64,000 nt of DNA from an uncultured Gammaproteobacteria bacterium (GTDB lineage: Bacteria > Pseudomonadota > Gammaproteobacteria > GCA-001735895), in contig CAJXUC010000006.1 of NCBI GenBank assembly GCA_913061315.1, positions 9,078-73,077 on the forward strand, given 5' to 3'. The notes beneath the pieces are model-generated. The model made no database searches. It was not told the origin of the DNA and saw only the letters and a list, made by a program, of their open reading frames with translations. Both the position numbers and the translations under genes were made by a program. The stretch's first letter is position 1. Each line of letters opens with the position of its first letter. Shown piece after piece: positions 40,635 through 53,102 of this stretch.

Positions 40635-40853
40635 ATGTTCATAAAAATCATCATCTTAATTTTATTTATCCTGATATTGGCGAGCCTTGCTGCCAGCATG
40701 TTCACCTTTATAAGAGATAGGGAAAACAAACAGCGCACAGCAAAACTACTTACAATTCGGATCACTTTGTCGATCATTTTGTTTGCTGTACTTGTAATAT
40801 CTTTTTTAATGGGTTGGATACAACCACACCCACTAATGCCAGCAAGGCCTTAA
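40635..40853 (+). CDS. DUF2909 twin-TM small protein
   Basis: 72 aa, two TM helices separated by RDRENKQRTAKLLTIRI; commonly found adjacent to cox clusters. Confidence 0.5.
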   Translation: MFIKIIILILFILILASLAASMFTFIRDRENKQRTAKLLTIRITLSIILFAVLVISFLMGWIQPHPLMPARP

Positions 40854-41677
40854 ACACCAGGAGACGCCTCATTGATCCAGGCGTGACCATAAATAACTTC
40901 ATAGCTAGCAATGAATTTGCCATCCTGAAAACCTTTTTCTCGATACGCCGCCTCCAGCTTTTTCAATCGGCCTGGCGTCATTAATCCTTTATTCCGATTC
41001 TTATCGGCATTACTCGCACCAATATTTTTCAAATCATTTAATACCTGACGAAAATCGTTATACTCTAGTTTGATAATTTCAGCATCGACCACCGGCTGAG
41101 AAAAACCAGCCTTCATCAACGAATCACCAATATCATGCATATCGATAAACTGATGAACATGCGGACGCTGATCAACTTCAAACCAACTGTCTCGAAGTTC
41201 TATCAGAGTCGACGGGCCAAAAGTAGCGAACATAAATAACCCCCCTGGCTTACCAATGCGAGCCGCTTCTTGAAACGCAACGTTTAGATCGTTAGCCCAC
41301 TGCAAAGCCAAACAGGAAAACATCAGGTCAAAGCAATTATTCCCAATTGGCAATCGCTCCATATCAGCATTGATCATTCTCTTTCTACTCAAAAGTCTGA
41401 ATTGCTTTTTAGTCTCTTGTAGCATTGAATAAGCCATATCAAGACCAATCACTTTGGCGCCAGAATAAATTTTTTGAAGGCCAGCAACACCGCGGCCCGT
41501 ACCACACCCAATGTCAATGGCCGACGCTGGATCAAGGCGAACATATTGTAGTCGACCTAATAATCTAGAGAGCACCTCATCCTGTAGGACACCCGCTTTG
41601 TTATAGCTCGTAGCCGCGCGATTAAATGATTTTTTAACCGCAGCCTTATCCAGTCGAGGTAAATTCAACAAATCCAA
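40850..41677 (-). CDS. bioC: Malonyl-ACP O-methyltransferase
   Basis: SAM-binding motif DIGCGTG; 275 aa; immediately downstream of bioH. Confidence 0.7.
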   Translation of the reverse strand: MDLLNLPRLDKAAVKKSFNRAATSYNKAGVLQDEVLSRLLGRLQYVRLDPASAIDIGCGTGRGVAGLQKIYSGAKVIGLDMAYSMLQETKKQFRLLSRKRMINADMERLPIGNNCFDLMFSCLALQWANDLNVAFQEAARIGKPGGLFMFATFGPSTLIELRDSWFEVDQRPHVHQFIDMHDIGDSLMKAGFSQPVVDAEIIKLEYNDFRQVLNDLKNIGASNADKNRNKGLMTPGRLKKLEAAYREKGFQDGKFIASYEVIYGHAWINEASPGV

Positions 41678-41740
41678 AATTAAAACCTTAGTTGAGCATT
41701 AGAGGGTAAAGATCCAAACATAATTCAATTAATTCTCTAA

Positions 41741-42529
41741 TCAAATTATCGAGGCAATTTGTGCCGGATGCGATAAAAAAGGTGCATGTGCAGCATCGAT
41801 TATCAATTCTACCTGAATCTGTGGGTTAACCTCACAGATTTCTTGAGTGATACTGACTGGAACCAGTGCATCTAAACGGCCAAATATCATCTGAATGGGT
41901 AGATCTAATTGAGATAAGACTAAACGGGTATCGGCAGACTTCAATAAATCTAACCCAAAACGTAACGCTGCCGGATGTGGCTCCCCTACCTGTTCAAGTT
42001 TAATCATTAAATCGCGCACCAACTGTCGAGCATCAGTGTGCCCCAACATTTGTAACGTTAAAAAATGCCTTACTGTGTGCCGCCACCCTTGCCGTAACGA
42101 TTGCGAAAAGTCTTCAAATACTGACGCATCAACTGCAAAAGGCCAGTTTTCACGGCTAACAAAGCAAGGATTGCTACACATTAAAATTAATCGACTAAAA
42201 CGATTTGGCTTCTGCCTGACCATTTCTGTGGCATATAGGCCGCCCATTGACCAACCCAGAAGAATACCCCGCGGTACTTGCTCACTGATTAAGGCTACCT
42301 GATCTTCAAAAGTCAAAGATTCACACCACTCGCTTTGTCCGTAGCCAGGCAAATCAACCGTAATCACTTCATATTGATCAGACAGCAACTCACATAGCGG
42401 ATCAAAAACAGACGCACTCATACCCCAACCATGCAGCAGAATAATTGCTTCACCTTGACCCGACCGATTAACAGACAGTATTTTATTCAAAGCTTTTGAT
42501 CCCTTCACATCGCATAAAGCCAAACCCAA
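41741..42529 (-). CDS. bioH: Pimeloyl-ACP methyl ester esterase
   Basis: Alpha/beta hydrolase with LLHGWG and GWSMGG nucleophile elbow; 262 aa. Confidence 0.75.
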   Translation of the reverse strand: MGLALCDVKGSKALNKILSVNRSGQGEAIILLHGWGMSASVFDPLCELLSDQYEVITVDLPGYGQSEWCESLTFEDQVALISEQVPRGILLGWSMGGLYATEMVRQKPNRFSRLILMCSNPCFVSRENWPFAVDASVFEDFSQSLRQGWRHTVRHFLTLQMLGHTDARQLVRDLMIKLEQVGEPHPAALRFGLDLLKSADTRLVLSQLDLPIQMIFGRLDALVPVSITQEICEVNPQIQVELIIDAAHAPFLSHPAQIASII

Positions 42530-42562
42530 TAGATTCTGCTAGAGTGGTGGCAGTTCCCATAA

Positions 42563-43168
42563 ATTCAACCACTAGGTTACGCAATTACAGCATTATTCGA
42601 AACAATCAGCCTGCTTAGCCTTAGCTATATTTTAGGGTCGTTATCTTCAGCCATTATATTAAGTAAAATAATGGGGTTTGCTGATCCAAGAAACGATGGG
42701 TCAAACAACCCTGGTGCAACCAACGTATTACGCATAGCAGGCAAAAAAGCGGCGTTTTTAACACTTACCGGTGATTCACTGAAGGGACTAATACCCGTTC
42801 TTATTGCACAGTGGCTTGCATTCAGTGAATTAGTTGTTGCTCTGACAGGACTGTGTGCGTTTCTGGGTCATTGCTATCCATTGTTTTTCCGTTTCAGAGG
42901 CGGTAAAGGTGTTGCAACATCCATAGCAGTTGCAGTGAGCTTTAACTGGATGATTGGTCTCGCCATTATCGCCATTTGGTTGTTATTTGCTAAAGTTTTT
43001 AAAATATCCTCACTTGCCGCTATCGTAGCGTTTGGCATATTGCCTTTACTTTTATACTGGACTGGCTCTTCAACTTCGGTCACCTTAGTCTTCTGTTCAA
43101 TATCAACCGTACTTATCTGGCGTCACCGCAGCAACATTCAGCGCCTACTCAGTGGGACAGAGGCTTAG
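42563..43168 (+). CDS. plsY: Glycerol-3-phosphate acyltransferase PlsY; the ATG at 42671 would truncate the conserved first TM helix, so the start is placed upstream at a non-canonical codon
   Basis: GSNNPGATNVLRIAGKKAA and HCYPLFFRFRGGKGVAT are PlsY signatures; the frame is open back to the TAA at 42560 and encodes LLSLSYILGSLSSAIIL, which aligns to the E. coli PlsY N-terminus. Confidence 0.7.
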   Translation: MQPLGYAITALFETISLLSLSYILGSLSSAIILSKIMGFADPRNDGSNNPGATNVLRIAGKKAAFLTLTGDSLKGLIPVLIAQWLAFSELVVALTGLCAFLGHCYPLFFRFRGGKGVATSIAVAVSFNWMIGLAIIAIWLLFAKVFKISSLAAIVAFGILPLLLYWTGSSTSVTLVFCSISTVLIWRHRSNIQRLLSGTEA

Positions 43169-43224
43169 CACTCAACGTGTAACATTTAAGCCTCTGTCGA
43201 CTCAATTTCAACACGTTAATAATA

Positions 43225-44244
43225 TTAGGCCGGAATTTCATCCAAATCTTCGAGCGACCAACGCGCCAGCACGTCAAAGACGTTATCGTCCTCCAAACCC
43301 GCGTCCAATCTTAGGGCTCCTGCATAGGCAATCATTACGCCATTGTCGGTGCAATATTCATGTGCAGGAAAATAAGTTTTACCAGATCGGTCCTTTGTTA
43401 ACTTAGCCAATACTTCTCGTAGGCGACTATTTGCTCCCACGCCACCAGCCACTACCAGTCGAGAATAGCCCGTTTCAGTTAAAGCCCGATCGCACTTAAT
43501 ACGAAGGGTATCAACAACGGCATGCTGGAACGCAAAACAAATCTCAGCTCGTAAAATATCATCTAGCGGCTGGTGCTTGTGAATAATATTGAGTGCAGCT
43601 GTTTTCAACCCACTGAAGCTAAATTCAAGACCCGGACGATTTACCATTGGCCGCGGAAAAACAAACCGTGATTCGTTAAGCTGATCCGCAAGGGCAGCCA
43701 GTTCAGGCCCACCTGGGTAGGGCAACCCGAGTAATTTCGCGGTTTTATCAAACGCCTCTCCAACGGCATCATCGAGAGACTCGCCCAAAATCCTATAATC
43801 GCCTAACGCCCGAACGTCAACCAGCATAGTGTGCCCACCGGATACTAATAACCCCACAAAAGGGAACTCTGGCTTATCTTCTGAAAGCATTGGCGCCAAC
43901 AAATGTCCTTCCATATGGTGAACCCCAAGCAAAGGCTTATCAGCTCCCCAGGCTAGACCGCGCGCAATACTCGCACCCACCATTAATGCCCCCGTTAATC
44001 CTGGACCGCGGGTATAAGCAATTGCATCAATATCGTCTAACGAGCCAAATTCGAACAAAATATCTTTTATCATTGGCGCTGCTTTAACAACGTGGTCTCG
44101 TGATGCTAACTCAGGCACAACACCACCATACTCACGATGTTTCTCAATCTGTGAATACAATCGTTGCCATATTTCACCTGTCTCAGTATCGTAAATTGCG
44201 ATTCCAGTCTCATCACAAGAGCTTTCTAGACCCAAAACCTTCAT
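43225..44244 (-). CDS. tsaD: tRNA N6-adenosine threonylcarbamoyltransferase
   Basis: [25 protein letters not shown] metal site; divergent from rpsU as in most Proteobacteria. Confidence 0.9.
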   Translation of the reverse strand: MKVLGLESSCDETGIAIYDTETGEIWQRLYSQIEKHREYGGVVPELASRDHVVKAAPMIKDILFEFGSLDDIDAIAYTRGPGLTGALMVGASIARGLAWGADKPLLGVHHMEGHLLAPMLSEDKPEFPFVGLLVSGGHTMLVDVRALGDYRILGESLDDAVGEAFDKTAKLLGLPYPGGPELAALADQLNESRFVFPRPMVNRPGLEFSFSGLKTAALNIIHKHQPLDDILRAEICFAFQHAVVDTLRIKCDRALTETGYSRLVVAGGVGANSRLREVLAKLTKDRSGKTYFPAHEYCTDNGVMIAYAGALRLDAGLEDDNVFDVLARWSLEDLDEIPA

Positions 44245-44379
44245 ATTTTCACCATAAATCGTAACTTATTTGCAATTCGCAATTGATATTTAATATAGCC
44301 TCCTTATAATTGTCCGGCTCAAAAGAGGCGTGTGACTTTTTATTACGCCAAAAATTCAACATACCGGATATTTCTTAAT

Positions 44380-44595
44380 ATGCCATCAGTTAAAGTAAAG
44401 GACAACGAGCCGTTTGATTTTGCACTTCGTCGTTTCAAAAGATCTTGCGAAAAAGCCGGTGTTCTAACCGAAACACGTCGTCGTCAACATTACGAAAAAC
44501 CCACAGCTGTGCGAAAGCGTAAATCTGCCGCCGCAGTAAAACGTAATTTCAAACGTATTTCTAAGGATTTCGGTACTCGTCGTCGTATGTATTAA
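44380..44595 (+). CDS. rpsU: 30S ribosomal protein S21
   Basis: [29 protein letters not shown] is near-identical to the E. coli S21 N-terminus; 71 aa. Confidence 0.9.
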   Translation: MPSVKVKDNEPFDFALRRFKRSCEKAGVLTETRRRQHYEKPTAVRKRKSAAAVKRNFKRISKDFGTRRRMY

Positions 44596-44607
44596 GTTTC
44601 TGTTGAA

Positions 44608-45060
44608 ATGTCAGAAGCTAACCTAAAAGTACAACTTCAGGCTGATATGAAGTCGTCAATGAAAACTGGCGATAAGTCCCGGCTTCTAGTAATTCGTACA
44701 ATGCTTGCTGCTATCAAGCAGATCGAAGTCGATGAAAGAATTGAACTCGACGATGATCGCATCGTCGGTGTTCTTGATAAGATGTTAAAGCAGCGGCGTG
44801 AGTCAATCAGCCAGTTCACTTCAGCTGGACGCGATGATCTGATTGCGATTGAAGAAGCCGAACTTGTCATTATCAAAGAATTTTTGCCAGAGGCTTTTTC
44901 TGAAAAAGAAATAGCGGCTCTCATTGAGCTAGCAATTAGCAACACAGGGGCTACCTCGATAAAGGATATGGGCAAGGTAATGGGCATTCTTAAACCTCAA
45001 CTGCAAGGTCGAGCTGACGTTGGAAAAGTTAGTCAATTAATAAAGCACAAATTGACTTAA
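44608..45060 (+). CDS. GatB/YqeY domain protein
   Basis: 150 aa YqeY-like; occupies the position between rpsU and dnaG seen in Vibrio/Shewanella. Confidence 0.75.
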   Translation: MSEANLKVQLQADMKSSMKTGDKSRLLVIRTMLAAIKQIEVDERIELDDDRIVGVLDKMLKQRRESISQFTSAGRDDLIAIEEAELVIIKEFLPEAFSEKEIAALIELAISNTGATSIKDMGKVMGILKPQLQGRADVGKVSQLIKHKLT

Positions 45061-45076
45061 CACACAGCGCTAATAA

Positions 45077-46501
<1,425 letters not shown>

Positions 46502-46527
46502 TCCTTAAGTAATAGGAAACACTCGAA

Positions 46528-47598
46528 TTGAAATTTGCACCATTACAAAATGATCGTATGATCAAAGCGTTATTGCGCCTACCCACTGATACCACACCCG
46601 TTTGGATCATGCGTCAGGCAGGCCGTTACCTGCCAGAATATAGAGAGATACGAAAAAAAGCTGGCGGATTTCTAGATCTTTGTAAAAATAAAGAACTCGC
46701 CTGTGAAGTTACATTGCAGCCCTTACGTCGTTTTGATTTGGACGCAGCTATACTATTTTCTGACATACTCACTATTCCCGATGCAATGGGTTTAGGCCTC
46801 TATTTTAGTGAAGGTGATGGGCCAAAATTCGAACGCCCCGTTCGTTGTGAGCGTGATGTTGACCAGCTGGGTGTTCCCGATCCTTCAGAAACGTTACGCT
46901 ATGTCACAGATGCCGTTACTTTGATTCGACAAGAACTGAACGGAAAAGTCCCTCTTATTGGCTTTAGTGGCAGTCCATGGACATTAGCAACTTATACGGT
47001 AGAAGGTGGTAGCTCAAAAGACTATCGTTATGTCAAAGGTATGCTTTATGAAAACCCTGCAGCCATGCATCGCCTTCTGGATAAGTTAGCTCAATCAGTG
47101 GTGTTATATTTAAACGCACAGATCGAAGCCGGTGCTCAAGCCGTGATGATATTTGATACTTGGGGCGGTGTGCTATCCCCTGAGGCTTATCTAGAATTTT
47201 CACTTAAATACATGCAGCAAATTGTATCTCAGTTAAAGCGTAATCATGACGGACAAAGAATACCTGTGACCCTTTTTACTAAAGGTGGCGCGCAATGGAT
47301 AGAAGCAACCGCCGACACTGGCTGCGACGCTATTGGTCTAGACTGGACGATTAATATAAACGAAGCAAGACAACGCGTTGGAAATAAAGTCGCATTACAG
47401 GGCAATCTTGATCCTTGCACGCTTTATGCCCTACCCGATACGATTCGCACTGCAGTCAAAAAAATATTGGCTGATTTTGGATCTGGCCCGGGTCATGTAT
47501 TTAATTTAGGGCATGGTATACACCCGTCAATCAATCCAGACCATCTTAAAGTTGTTGTCGATACCGTGCATGAATACGGCTACAAAATACGTCAATAG
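46528..47598 (+). CDS. hemE: Uroporphyrinogen decarboxylase
   Basis: [16 protein letters not shown] signature; 356 aa. Confidence 0.9.
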   Translation: MKFAPLQNDRMIKALLRLPTDTTPVWIMRQAGRYLPEYREIRKKAGGFLDLCKNKELACEVTLQPLRRFDLDAAILFSDILTIPDAMGLGLYFSEGDGPKFERPVRCERDVDQLGVPDPSETLRYVTDAVTLIRQELNGKVPLIGFSGSPWTLATYTVEGGSSKDYRYVKGMLYENPAAMHRLLDKLAQSVVLYLNAQIEAGAQAVMIFDTWGGVLSPEAYLEFSLKYMQQIVSQLKRNHDGQRIPVTLFTKGGAQWIEATADTGCDAIGLDWTININEARQRVGNKVALQGNLDPCTLYALPDTIRTAVKKILADFGSGPGHVFNLGHGIHPSINPDHLKVVVDTVHEYGYKIRQ

Positions 47599-47641
47599 CT
47601 TTTGGTTCGATGGAATCAGATTGTTAAGTCAGAGCTTTAGG

Positions 47642-50125
47642 TTAAAAGATTTCTTCAACCATTTGATCTTCGCTTTCTGGTTCAGCTGCTGACGAAGGCG
47701 CTAGAGTATTGTCTCTTGTTCTAGAAATTACTAGCTCTTTAGGTGCGTTGGCCGCTCTAAAAATTTCGAACCGGCTAGTAACTGTATCCTGCCCGGCTCG
47801 CTTCCCAGTTTCTGCATCAATCTTGACGGTTACCATGTCATCAGGTTGTGGCTCAAGATCTTCGGGCATTCCACTTAACGCCAAACGCATATACTTAATC
47901 CAAATCGGTAGGGCAGCCCTACCACCAGTCTCACGAGCACCCAATGTCTGCTGATTATCGAATCCAACCCAAACCGTTGTTGCCACTTGGCTATTCAGGC
48001 CACTAAACCAAGCATCCACTTGGTCATTAGTAGTACCTGTTTTTCCACCAATATCCTTTCTACCTAATACCTTGGCACGAACTGCCGTGCCTCTTTGAAC
48101 CACTTCTCGCATAATAGATCTCATTATATAGGCATTTTGAGCCGTAATGACTCTTGGAGCGTATAGAATCTCTGGTATTTCAATCAAAGCAAAATCTTCT
48201 CCAACTTCCGTATTCTGTGCTTTTAAAGCTAATGCCAGTCCCCTATCAACCACCATATCCGCCTCAACGGGTGTTTCGATAAGGCAGTCATTACAAACAA
48301 TTCTGGGAATATTTTCGAACACTATTTCACCAGAACCTGATTCAACTCGACTAATCAAATAAGGGTCTATTAAGTAGCCACCGTTGGAAAATACGGCATA
48401 ACCTCGAGCAATTTCAAGTGGTGAAAAAGCAGCACTCCCTAAAGCCAAAGACAAATCATAAGGCATGTCTTCTCGTAAGAAACCAAATTTCTGAGCATAG
48501 TCAATGGCAAAACTTAACCCAACTGATCTTAACACTCGAATAGACACCAGATTGCGTGATTTAACTAACGCTTCTCGCAAACGTGTCGGTCCATACACTC
48601 GACCCGAATAATTTTCTGGTCGCCATGTAACTTCTAAGGAGTCATCGTCGAATACAACAGGCGCATCATTAATAAGACTCGCAGTTGTAAACCCCTTTTC
48701 AAGTGCCGCAGAATAAACAAACGGTTTAAAATTTGAACCCGGTTGACGTTTTGCCTGCATCGCTCGGTTAAACTTATTTTGAAAAAAGTCAAATCCACCT
48801 ACCATTGATCGGATAGCCCCGTTACTAGAATCTAACGAAACTAGAGCACCCTGAACTTGAGGCAGATCGGCAAGCAACCATTTATCATCTCGCTGCTCTA
48901 ACCAAATAACGTCACCTAGCGCCAATACATCGCTTACCGTAGCGGGTTTTTTACCTCGTTTATTAACCGTTATAAATTCACGGGCCCAATCAATGCCCCC
49001 CTTAAATAAAACCTCAACCTGCTCATAATTTGAAATTAATACTGATGCCGTTAATTCATCAACTGACAAAACAACGCCTTTACGTAAATTGCCAATGCGC
49101 TCATCACTCACAAAATCCTCTTCAAATGGATCATCTCCAATCAAACTTAAATCTATATTATCAATAACACCGCGATAGCCATGACGACGATTGTAATCAA
49201 GCAATGCCGTTCTTAACGCCCTATTTGCAGCGCCCTGCAGTTCACCATCGATAGAAGTATAGACATTCAACCCTGTTTTATAGGCGTCACTACCATATCT
49301 TTCAAATAAGTTGGCTCGAATAGACTCAGCAACATATTGCGCATCGGCCACAGTGCGAGTCGCATGTAACTCTGCGGTGACTTTTTCCTCTTTTGCCCGT
49401 GCATATTGGACATCATCAATATATCCCAGCACATTCATTCGATTTAAAATGTGATCACGCCTGATAAGCGCTCTCTCAGGGTTAATAATCGGGTTGTATT
49501 TTGACGGCGCTTTGGGTAGGCCAGCGATCATAGCTGCCTGCGCCAAAGAAAGGGCTTTCATCGGTTTATCATAATAGACTTGTGCCGCTGCCGCTAAACC
49601 GTAGGAACGGTGACCTAAATAAATTTTATTGAGATAGAGCTCCATAATTTTTTCTTTACTCAACTCACCCTCCACTTTTAAAGCCAGCAATATCTCATTA
49701 AGTTTTCGAGTGTAAGTTTTTTCTGAACTGAAAAAGTAGTTTTTCACCATTTGCATAGTAATGGTGCTACCACCACGGGTTTTTTCCCCGGTTGTTATTA
49801 GCTGATAAGCCGCGGCCATTAAGGCCTGTAGATCAACACCAAAATGATTCCAATATTCACTATCCTCAGCAGACACAAACGCATCAACTATATACTTGGG
49901 AATTTCCTCAAAAACAACGGGGATTCTTCTGTGCTCGCCAAATTCAGCTAGCAACCTATCATTCTTATCATAAATACGCATTGGCACTTGGAGCTGAGTA
50001 TCCTCTAGGTTCTCTATAGACGGCAGGTTAGGTACCAAAACACCATAGACATAAAGCCCCATAGCCAGAATCAGAATTGATCCGGTGGCAAATAGCACTG
50101 ATATTATTTTTACTAGTTTTCTCAT
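47642..50125 (-). CDS. mrcA: Penicillin-binding protein 1A
   Basis: Glycosyltransferase motifs (EDSEYWNHFGVD, RGGSTITMQ) and transpeptidase SxxK/SxN/KTG. Confidence 0.9.
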   Translation of the reverse strand: MRKLVKIISVLFATGSILILAMGLYVYGVLVPNLPSIENLEDTQLQVPMRIYDKNDRLLAEFGEHRRIPVVFEEIPKYIVDAFVSAEDSEYWNHFGVDLQALMAAAYQLITTGEKTRGGSTITMQMVKNYFFSSEKTYTRKLNEILLALKVEGELSKEKIMELYLNKIYLGHRSYGLAAAAQVYYDKPMKALSLAQAAMIAGLPKAPSKYNPIINPERALIRRDHILNRMNVLGYIDDVQYARAKEEKVTAELHATRTVADAQYVAESIRANLFERYGSDAYKTGLNVYTSIDGELQGAANRALRTALLDYNRRHGYRGVIDNIDLSLIGDDPFEEDFVSDERIGNLRKGVVLSVDELTASVLISNYEQVEVLFKGGIDWAREFITVNKRGKKPATVSDVLALGDVIWLEQRDDKWLLADLPQVQGALVSLDSSNGAIRSMVGGFDFFQNKFNRAMQAKRQPGSNFKPFVYSAALEKGFTTASLINDAPVVFDDDSLEVTWRPENYSGRVYGPTRLREALVKSRNLVSIRVLRSVGLSFAIDYAQKFGFLREDMPYDLSLALGSAAFSPLEIARGYAVFSNGGYLIDPYLISRVESGSGEIVFENIPRIVCNDCLIETPVEADMVVDRGLALALKAQNTEVGEDFALIEIPEILYAPRVITAQNAYIMRSIMREVVQRGTAVRAKVLGRKDIGGKTGTTNDQVDAWFSGLNSQVATTVWVGFDNQQTLGARETGGRAALPIWIKYMRLALSGMPEDLEPQPDDMVTVKIDAETGKRAGQDTVTSRFEIFRAANAPKELVISRTRDNTLAPSSAAEPESEDQMVEEIF

Positions 50126-50309
50126 AAATTAAATTACACACAAAGTGATACATACAACTAAACTAACATTACCTTGAACTGGACTCGACTACAGTTGAAA
50201 TAAAGTCATTTTGAATTTAATAGACTTACAACTCAGTAAGGACTCAAATTATCACATAAAGTGATTAAACTATAGACCTATAACTGAGGCATATGACTGT
50301 GGTAACCCT

Positions 50310-51377
50310 GTGTTTTTAAATCGAAAAAATCAACCACTGATTGGTTTAGATATCAGTTCAACATCCGTCAAAGTGATAGAGCTGAGCAAAACTGGACCTC
50401 GTTACCAAATCGAAGGAATAGGCATCGAACCATTGCTAGACAATGCCGTTGTCGAAAAAAAAATAATCGAAATTGAAGCCGTGGGTGAGTCTATAAAGCG
50501 TGCGCTTCACAATGCAAAAATTAAAAATAGAAATGTGGCCATTGCCGTTGCTGGTTCCTCTGTCATCACTAAAATAATCACAATGCCTGTTTCTCTATCA
50601 GAAGAAGAAATGGAAGGCCAGATTCAGCTCGAGGCCGATCAGTATATTCCCTACCCTCTAGAAGAAGTAGCCCTAGACTTTCAAGTTATGGGCAAAACAA
50701 AACAAAATCCTAAAACAGTGGACGTGTTGCTTGCTGCCTGTCGCCAAGAAAACGTTGATGACAGAATGGCTGCAGTTGAGCTAGCGGGCTTGCTGCCCAA
50801 AATTGTTGACATTGAAGCTTATACGATTGAATCAATATTTTCATCATTGGCATTCCAATTGCCTGATGGTTATAACAAAAAAACGATTGCTATTGCGGAT
50901 ATTGGCGCAACTATGACAAGCCTTAGCGTTATTCAGAACCATAAACTCATCTACACTCGGGAACAAAACTTTGGTGGCAAACAACTTACTGAAGAAATAA
51001 TGCAACATTATGGGCTGTCACTTGATGAAGCAGAGCTTGCTAAAAGACAGGGTGGGTTGCCTGAAAACTATACACCAGAACTGCTAAATCCATTCAAAGA
51101 AACAACCATTCAGCAAATTAGTCGATTCCTACAATTTTTTTATTCCTCGGGAGAAGGTAATGATGCAATCGATTACCTAATACTGGGGGGTGGAAATGCT
51201 TGTTTACCAAACTTAGTTGAATTAGCAGAGCTCCAAATTGGAGTACCAACCTCGATAGCTAAACCGTTCATCAATATGTCTGCTTCTAAAAAAGTAAATA
51301 AAGCTACTTTTGAATCTGATTCACCGTCTTTCCTAATTGCCGCAGGACTCGCTATTCGAGGCACAAAATACCAATGA
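50310..51377 (+). CDS. pilM: Type IV pilus assembly ATPase-like protein PilM
   Basis: Actin-like fold, 355 aa, first gene of the pilMNOPQ operon. Confidence 0.85.
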   Translation: MFLNRKNQPLIGLDISSTSVKVIELSKTGPRYQIEGIGIEPLLDNAVVEKKIIEIEAVGESIKRALHNAKIKNRNVAIAVAGSSVITKIITMPVSLSEEEMEGQIQLEADQYIPYPLEEVALDFQVMGKTKQNPKTVDVLLAACRQENVDDRMAAVELAGLLPKIVDIEAYTIESIFSSLAFQLPDGYNKKTIAIADIGATMTSLSVIQNHKLIYTREQNFGGKQLTEEIMQHYGLSLDEAELAKRQGGLPENYTPELLNPFKETTIQQISRFLQFFYSSGEGNDAIDYLILGGGNACLPNLVELAELQIGVPTSIAKPFINMSASKKVNKATFESDSPSFLIAAGLAIRGTKYQ

Positions 51378-51955
51378 CCACCATTAATCTTTTACCTTGG
51401 CGAGAATGGAAAAGGCAGGAACAGAAGAAACAGTTTGGAATCTGGTGTGTTTTATCATTACTCCTGGCAGGTTCAATCATGGCGCTCATTCACATGGAAA
51501 TGGCAAGGAAAATTGATTATCAGCTTTCACGAAATAATTATATATCGACTGAAATTAATGAACTTGATAAGCAAATCGCAGAAATTAGTGCGTTGCAAAA
51601 AGTTCGTCGCAGCCTCATTGAGAGAATGGAAGTCATTCAAAACCTTCAGCGAAGCAGGCCCTCTATCGTCCATTTATTTACCGAAATAGTCACTACGGTG
51701 CCAAACGGTGTTTCCCTGCAAACACTGTCACTTACGGACGGCAATCTAATAATTAATGGTGAAGCAGAATCTAATGCTCGAGTATCCAATTACATGAGAA
51801 ACTTGAGCAATTCTGATTGGTTTAAAGACCCCAATTTAACTGTTATACAAATAAAAGACAAAAAAGTGAATCGAATTAGCACCTTCACACTGACCGTTAA
51901 ACAGACGTCACCTAATTCAACAGCTAAAAAACATAATGAAGGCGGCATTCATTAA
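51374..51955 (+). CDS. pilN: Type IV pilus assembly protein PilN
   Basis: MTTINLLPWREWKRQ N-terminus, single TM. Confidence 0.8.
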   Translation: MTTINLLPWREWKRQEQKKQFGIWCVLSLLLAGSIMALIHMEMARKIDYQLSRNNYISTEINELDKQIAEISALQKVRRSLIERMEVIQNLQRSRPSIVHLFTEIVTTVPNGVSLQTLSLTDGNLIINGEAESNARVSNYMRNLSNSDWFKDPNLTVIQIKDKKVNRISTFTLTVKQTSPNSTAKKHNEGGIH

Positions 51956-52560
51956 TGACTTTTGAAGATATTCAACATCACCTTGCACCAGAAAACATAG
52001 GTCAAGCACCGATTTCAGTGAAGCTTTCAATACTTTTGTTGATTTTTATGGCCGTCATTGGAACCGGCCTTTTTTACGATACAAACGACCAGTTCATTCA
52101 ATTAGAACAACATGAAAAAAAAGAAATTAAACTAAAAGGTGAATTTAAAATTAAAGCCAACAAAGCGGCAAAACTGGAAATATTCAAACAACAATTGGAA
52201 AAAATGCAAGTTTCATTTGGTGCGTTACTTCGTCAGCTACCTGAAAAGACAGATGTCGAGTCACTGCTGGTGGATATATCACAGACGGGATTAGCCAGCG
52301 GGCTTGAAATCAAAAAGTTCAAGCCTGATATCGAAAAAAAGAAAATATTTTACGCTGAACTTCCCATAATACTTGAAGTATCTGGCTCGTTTCATCAATT
52401 AGCCTCATTTATTAGTGGCATTGCGGCATTGCCTCGAATAGTAACAATACACGATTTAAAACTTTCGCCCATTACAAACGAAGACAATACGTCTCATAAT
52501 AAGCTGAGCATGTCTGCCATTGCTAAAACGTATCGCTACCTGCAGGAGGATGAGCAGTAA
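51955..52560 (+). CDS. pilO: Type IV pilus assembly protein PilO
   Basis: Position and TM plus coiled-coil architecture. Confidence 0.75.
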   Translation: MTFEDIQHHLAPENIGQAPISVKLSILLLIFMAVIGTGLFYDTNDQFIQLEQHEKKEIKLKGEFKIKANKAAKLEIFKQQLEKMQVSFGALLRQLPEKTDVESLLVDISQTGLASGLEIKKFKPDIEKKKIFYAELPIILEVSGSFHQLASFISGIAALPRIVTIHDLKLSPITNEDNTSHNKLSMSAIAKTYRYLQEDEQ

Positions 52561-53102
52561 TGTCTAGTGTCAAAGGTGTTCTACGTTTCGTCATTGTTTT
52601 AATTTTTTGTGGGTTTTTATCAGCTTGTAATAAAGGCTTAGGGGATTTACAACAATTTGTTCAGGAAACTATTAGTCAACCTCCTGGTGAAATTGAACCA
52701 ATACCGGTATTTCAGACTTATCAAAACGTTGAATACACCTCACAAGATTTACGCGACCCTTTCAGGCGGGTCGACTTTAGACGGCCCAATGAAAATCAAA
52801 ACACAACTAACACTGAAGCCAACGGGCCTAGACCTAATATTAACCGCATTCGTGAACCCTTAGAAGAATTCCCGTTAGACACATTAAGTCTAAAGGGCTC
52901 AGTAACCCAAAATGGCGTCAAGTGGGGGCTTGTATTCGCACCAGACAATACGGTACACCGAGTAATTAAAGGCCACTACATGGGGCAAAACCACGGACGC
53001 GTTATCTCTGTCACCGACCAGAAAATTGAGTTAACTGAGATTATTTCTGACGCACTTGGCAACTATATCGAACATTCATCAGCCATAGCTTTGACGCAGT
53101 AG
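52560..53102 (+). CDS. pilP: Type IV pilus assembly lipoprotein PilP
   Basis: Lipobox (FLSAC), 180 aa, located between pilO and pilQ. Confidence 0.75.
   Translation: MSSVKGVLRFVIVLIFCGFLSACNKGLGDLQQFVQETISQPPGEIEPIPVFQTYQNVEYTSQDLRDPFRRVDFRRPNENQNTTNTEANGPRPNINRIREPLEEFPLDTLSLKGSVTQNGVKWGLVFAPDNTVHRVIKGHYMGQNHGRVISVTDQKIELTEIISDALGNYIEHSSAIALTQ

Noticed and set aside
47600-47641. ggttcgatgg string that superficially resembles a tRNA T-arm
   Set aside because: No acceptor or anticodon arms can be formed. This is just the hemE/mrcA convergent spacer.
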